Shown: piece after piece, positions 63,584-64,000 of the stretch
Numbering within the stretch: the stretch's first letter is position 1
How the letters are laid out: each line of letters begins with the position of its first letter
Assembly: GCA_013177805.1 (NCBI GenBank)
Contig: JABLXU010000008.1
Span: 33,239-97,238, forward strand
DNA length: 64,000 nt
Source of the DNA: Candidatus Omnitrophota bacterium
Lineage (GTDB): Bacteria > Hinthialibacterota > Hinthialibacteria > Hinthialibacterales > Hinthialibacteraceae
Reading direction: 5' to 3'
The notes under the pieces: generated by a model
Databases searched by the model: none
The model's input: only the letters and a program-made list of their open reading frames with translations
What the model was told of the DNA's origin: nothing
Position numbers and translations under genes: made by a program

Positions 63584-64000
63584 AATCCCCGCCAATCAGA
63601 AAGTTTTCATTATCATCACCGGATTGGTGTTGCTGTGCATCGTGATCGAATTGGTCCGCCGCCGCAAAATGCTTGAGCAGTATTCCGCGCTCTGGATTCT
63701 CATCGGTGTGCTTTCTGTCATCTTTGTGTGGCTGTATCCCTTGGTGGAATGGATCACGGCGTTGATCGGCGCGGGCTGGACCACCTCGACCATTTTGTTC
63801 GGCGCGACGCTGGCGCTGTTGTTGCTTAACCTGCAGATCTGCGTGAAAATTTCCGAGTTCCAGTACAATATCAAGGACATTGTCCAGGAACTGGCCATGC
63901 TGGCTGACCAAGTGCAAAAAATGCAGGAAAATGCCGGGAGGCGGAACCGTAACACACCGGTTTCCGGAACGACTCATGCTTCCGGCGATCCGGATACGCC
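63570..64000 (+). CDS. DUF2304-like small membrane protein (3' end outside window)
   Basis: Not in the ORF track because no stop is reached. The ATG at 63570 overlaps the GT2 3' end and reads MNGAEIPANQKVFIIITGLVLLCIVIELVRRRKMLEQYSALWILIGVLSVIFVW... This is the R-K-L-x-E-x-Y-(A/S)-L-x-W pattern I associate with the DUF2304 partners of GT2 genes. Confidence 0.6.
   Translation, partial: MNGAEIPANQKVFIIITGLVLLCIVIELVRRRKMLEQYSALWILIGVLSVIFVWLYPLVEWITALIGAGWTTSTILFGATLALLLLNLQICVKISEFQYNIKDIVQELAMLADQVQKMQENAGRRNRNTPVSGTTHASGDPDT

Overview
This is a moderately GC-rich bacterial chromosomal window. I saw no rRNA, tRNA, CRISPR array, transposase or integrase. I call about 50 protein genes.

Housekeeping blocks:
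- glmU-like, rplY/ctc and pth
- H+-pyrophosphatase
- rpsF, ssb, rpsR and rpsT
- ispD and ispE
- gcvPB, folD, yicC, mtnP and malQ

Envelope, secreted and regulatory genes interleaved with them:
- two orphan prepilin-type proteins and a stand-alone FlhB C-terminal homologue
- a CE4-like deacetylase, a sulfatase-like/TPR protein, a transglutaminase-like protein and an FG-GAP protein
- a GH51 arabinofuranosidase and a TagA-like glycosyltransferase
- a ModF-like ATPase and an Rrf2-MntP pair
- an ECF sigma/anti-sigma pair followed by a 1865-aa thioester alpha-2-macroglobulin
- a histidine kinase followed by an O-antigen-ligase-like/TPR protein
- an orphan GspF/PilC and an NtrC-type activator

The 3' end carries three overlapping radical-SAM genes, divergent from a GT2-GT4-GT2-DUF2304 glycan cluster. 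The gene content suggests a PVC-like or candidate-phylum lineage; this is inference only.

Most noteworthy observations:
1. The alpha-2-macroglobulin has a roughly 490-residue bait-side segment, about three times the usual size from memory. It contains a pseudopilin-like motif and a Met/Gly/Pro/Ala low-complexity tract.
2. A dispersed GC-rich palindromic repeat family has at least 10 copies, all intergenic and mostly in sense orientation downstream of gene 3' ends.
3. A roughly 31% G+C island carries a near-consensus promoter, a strong RBS, an orphan 558-aa basic helical protein and its own terminator.
4. The radical-SAM trio has a translationally coupled 23-codon upstream ORF and a structured leader facing the glycosyltransferase cluster.
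5. A TlpA-like lipoprotein gene is split by a T8 homopolymer frameshift.
6. A short relic of an SDR gene lies upstream of the TagA-like gene.

Function calls rest on motifs I recognise by eye. No database search was run.
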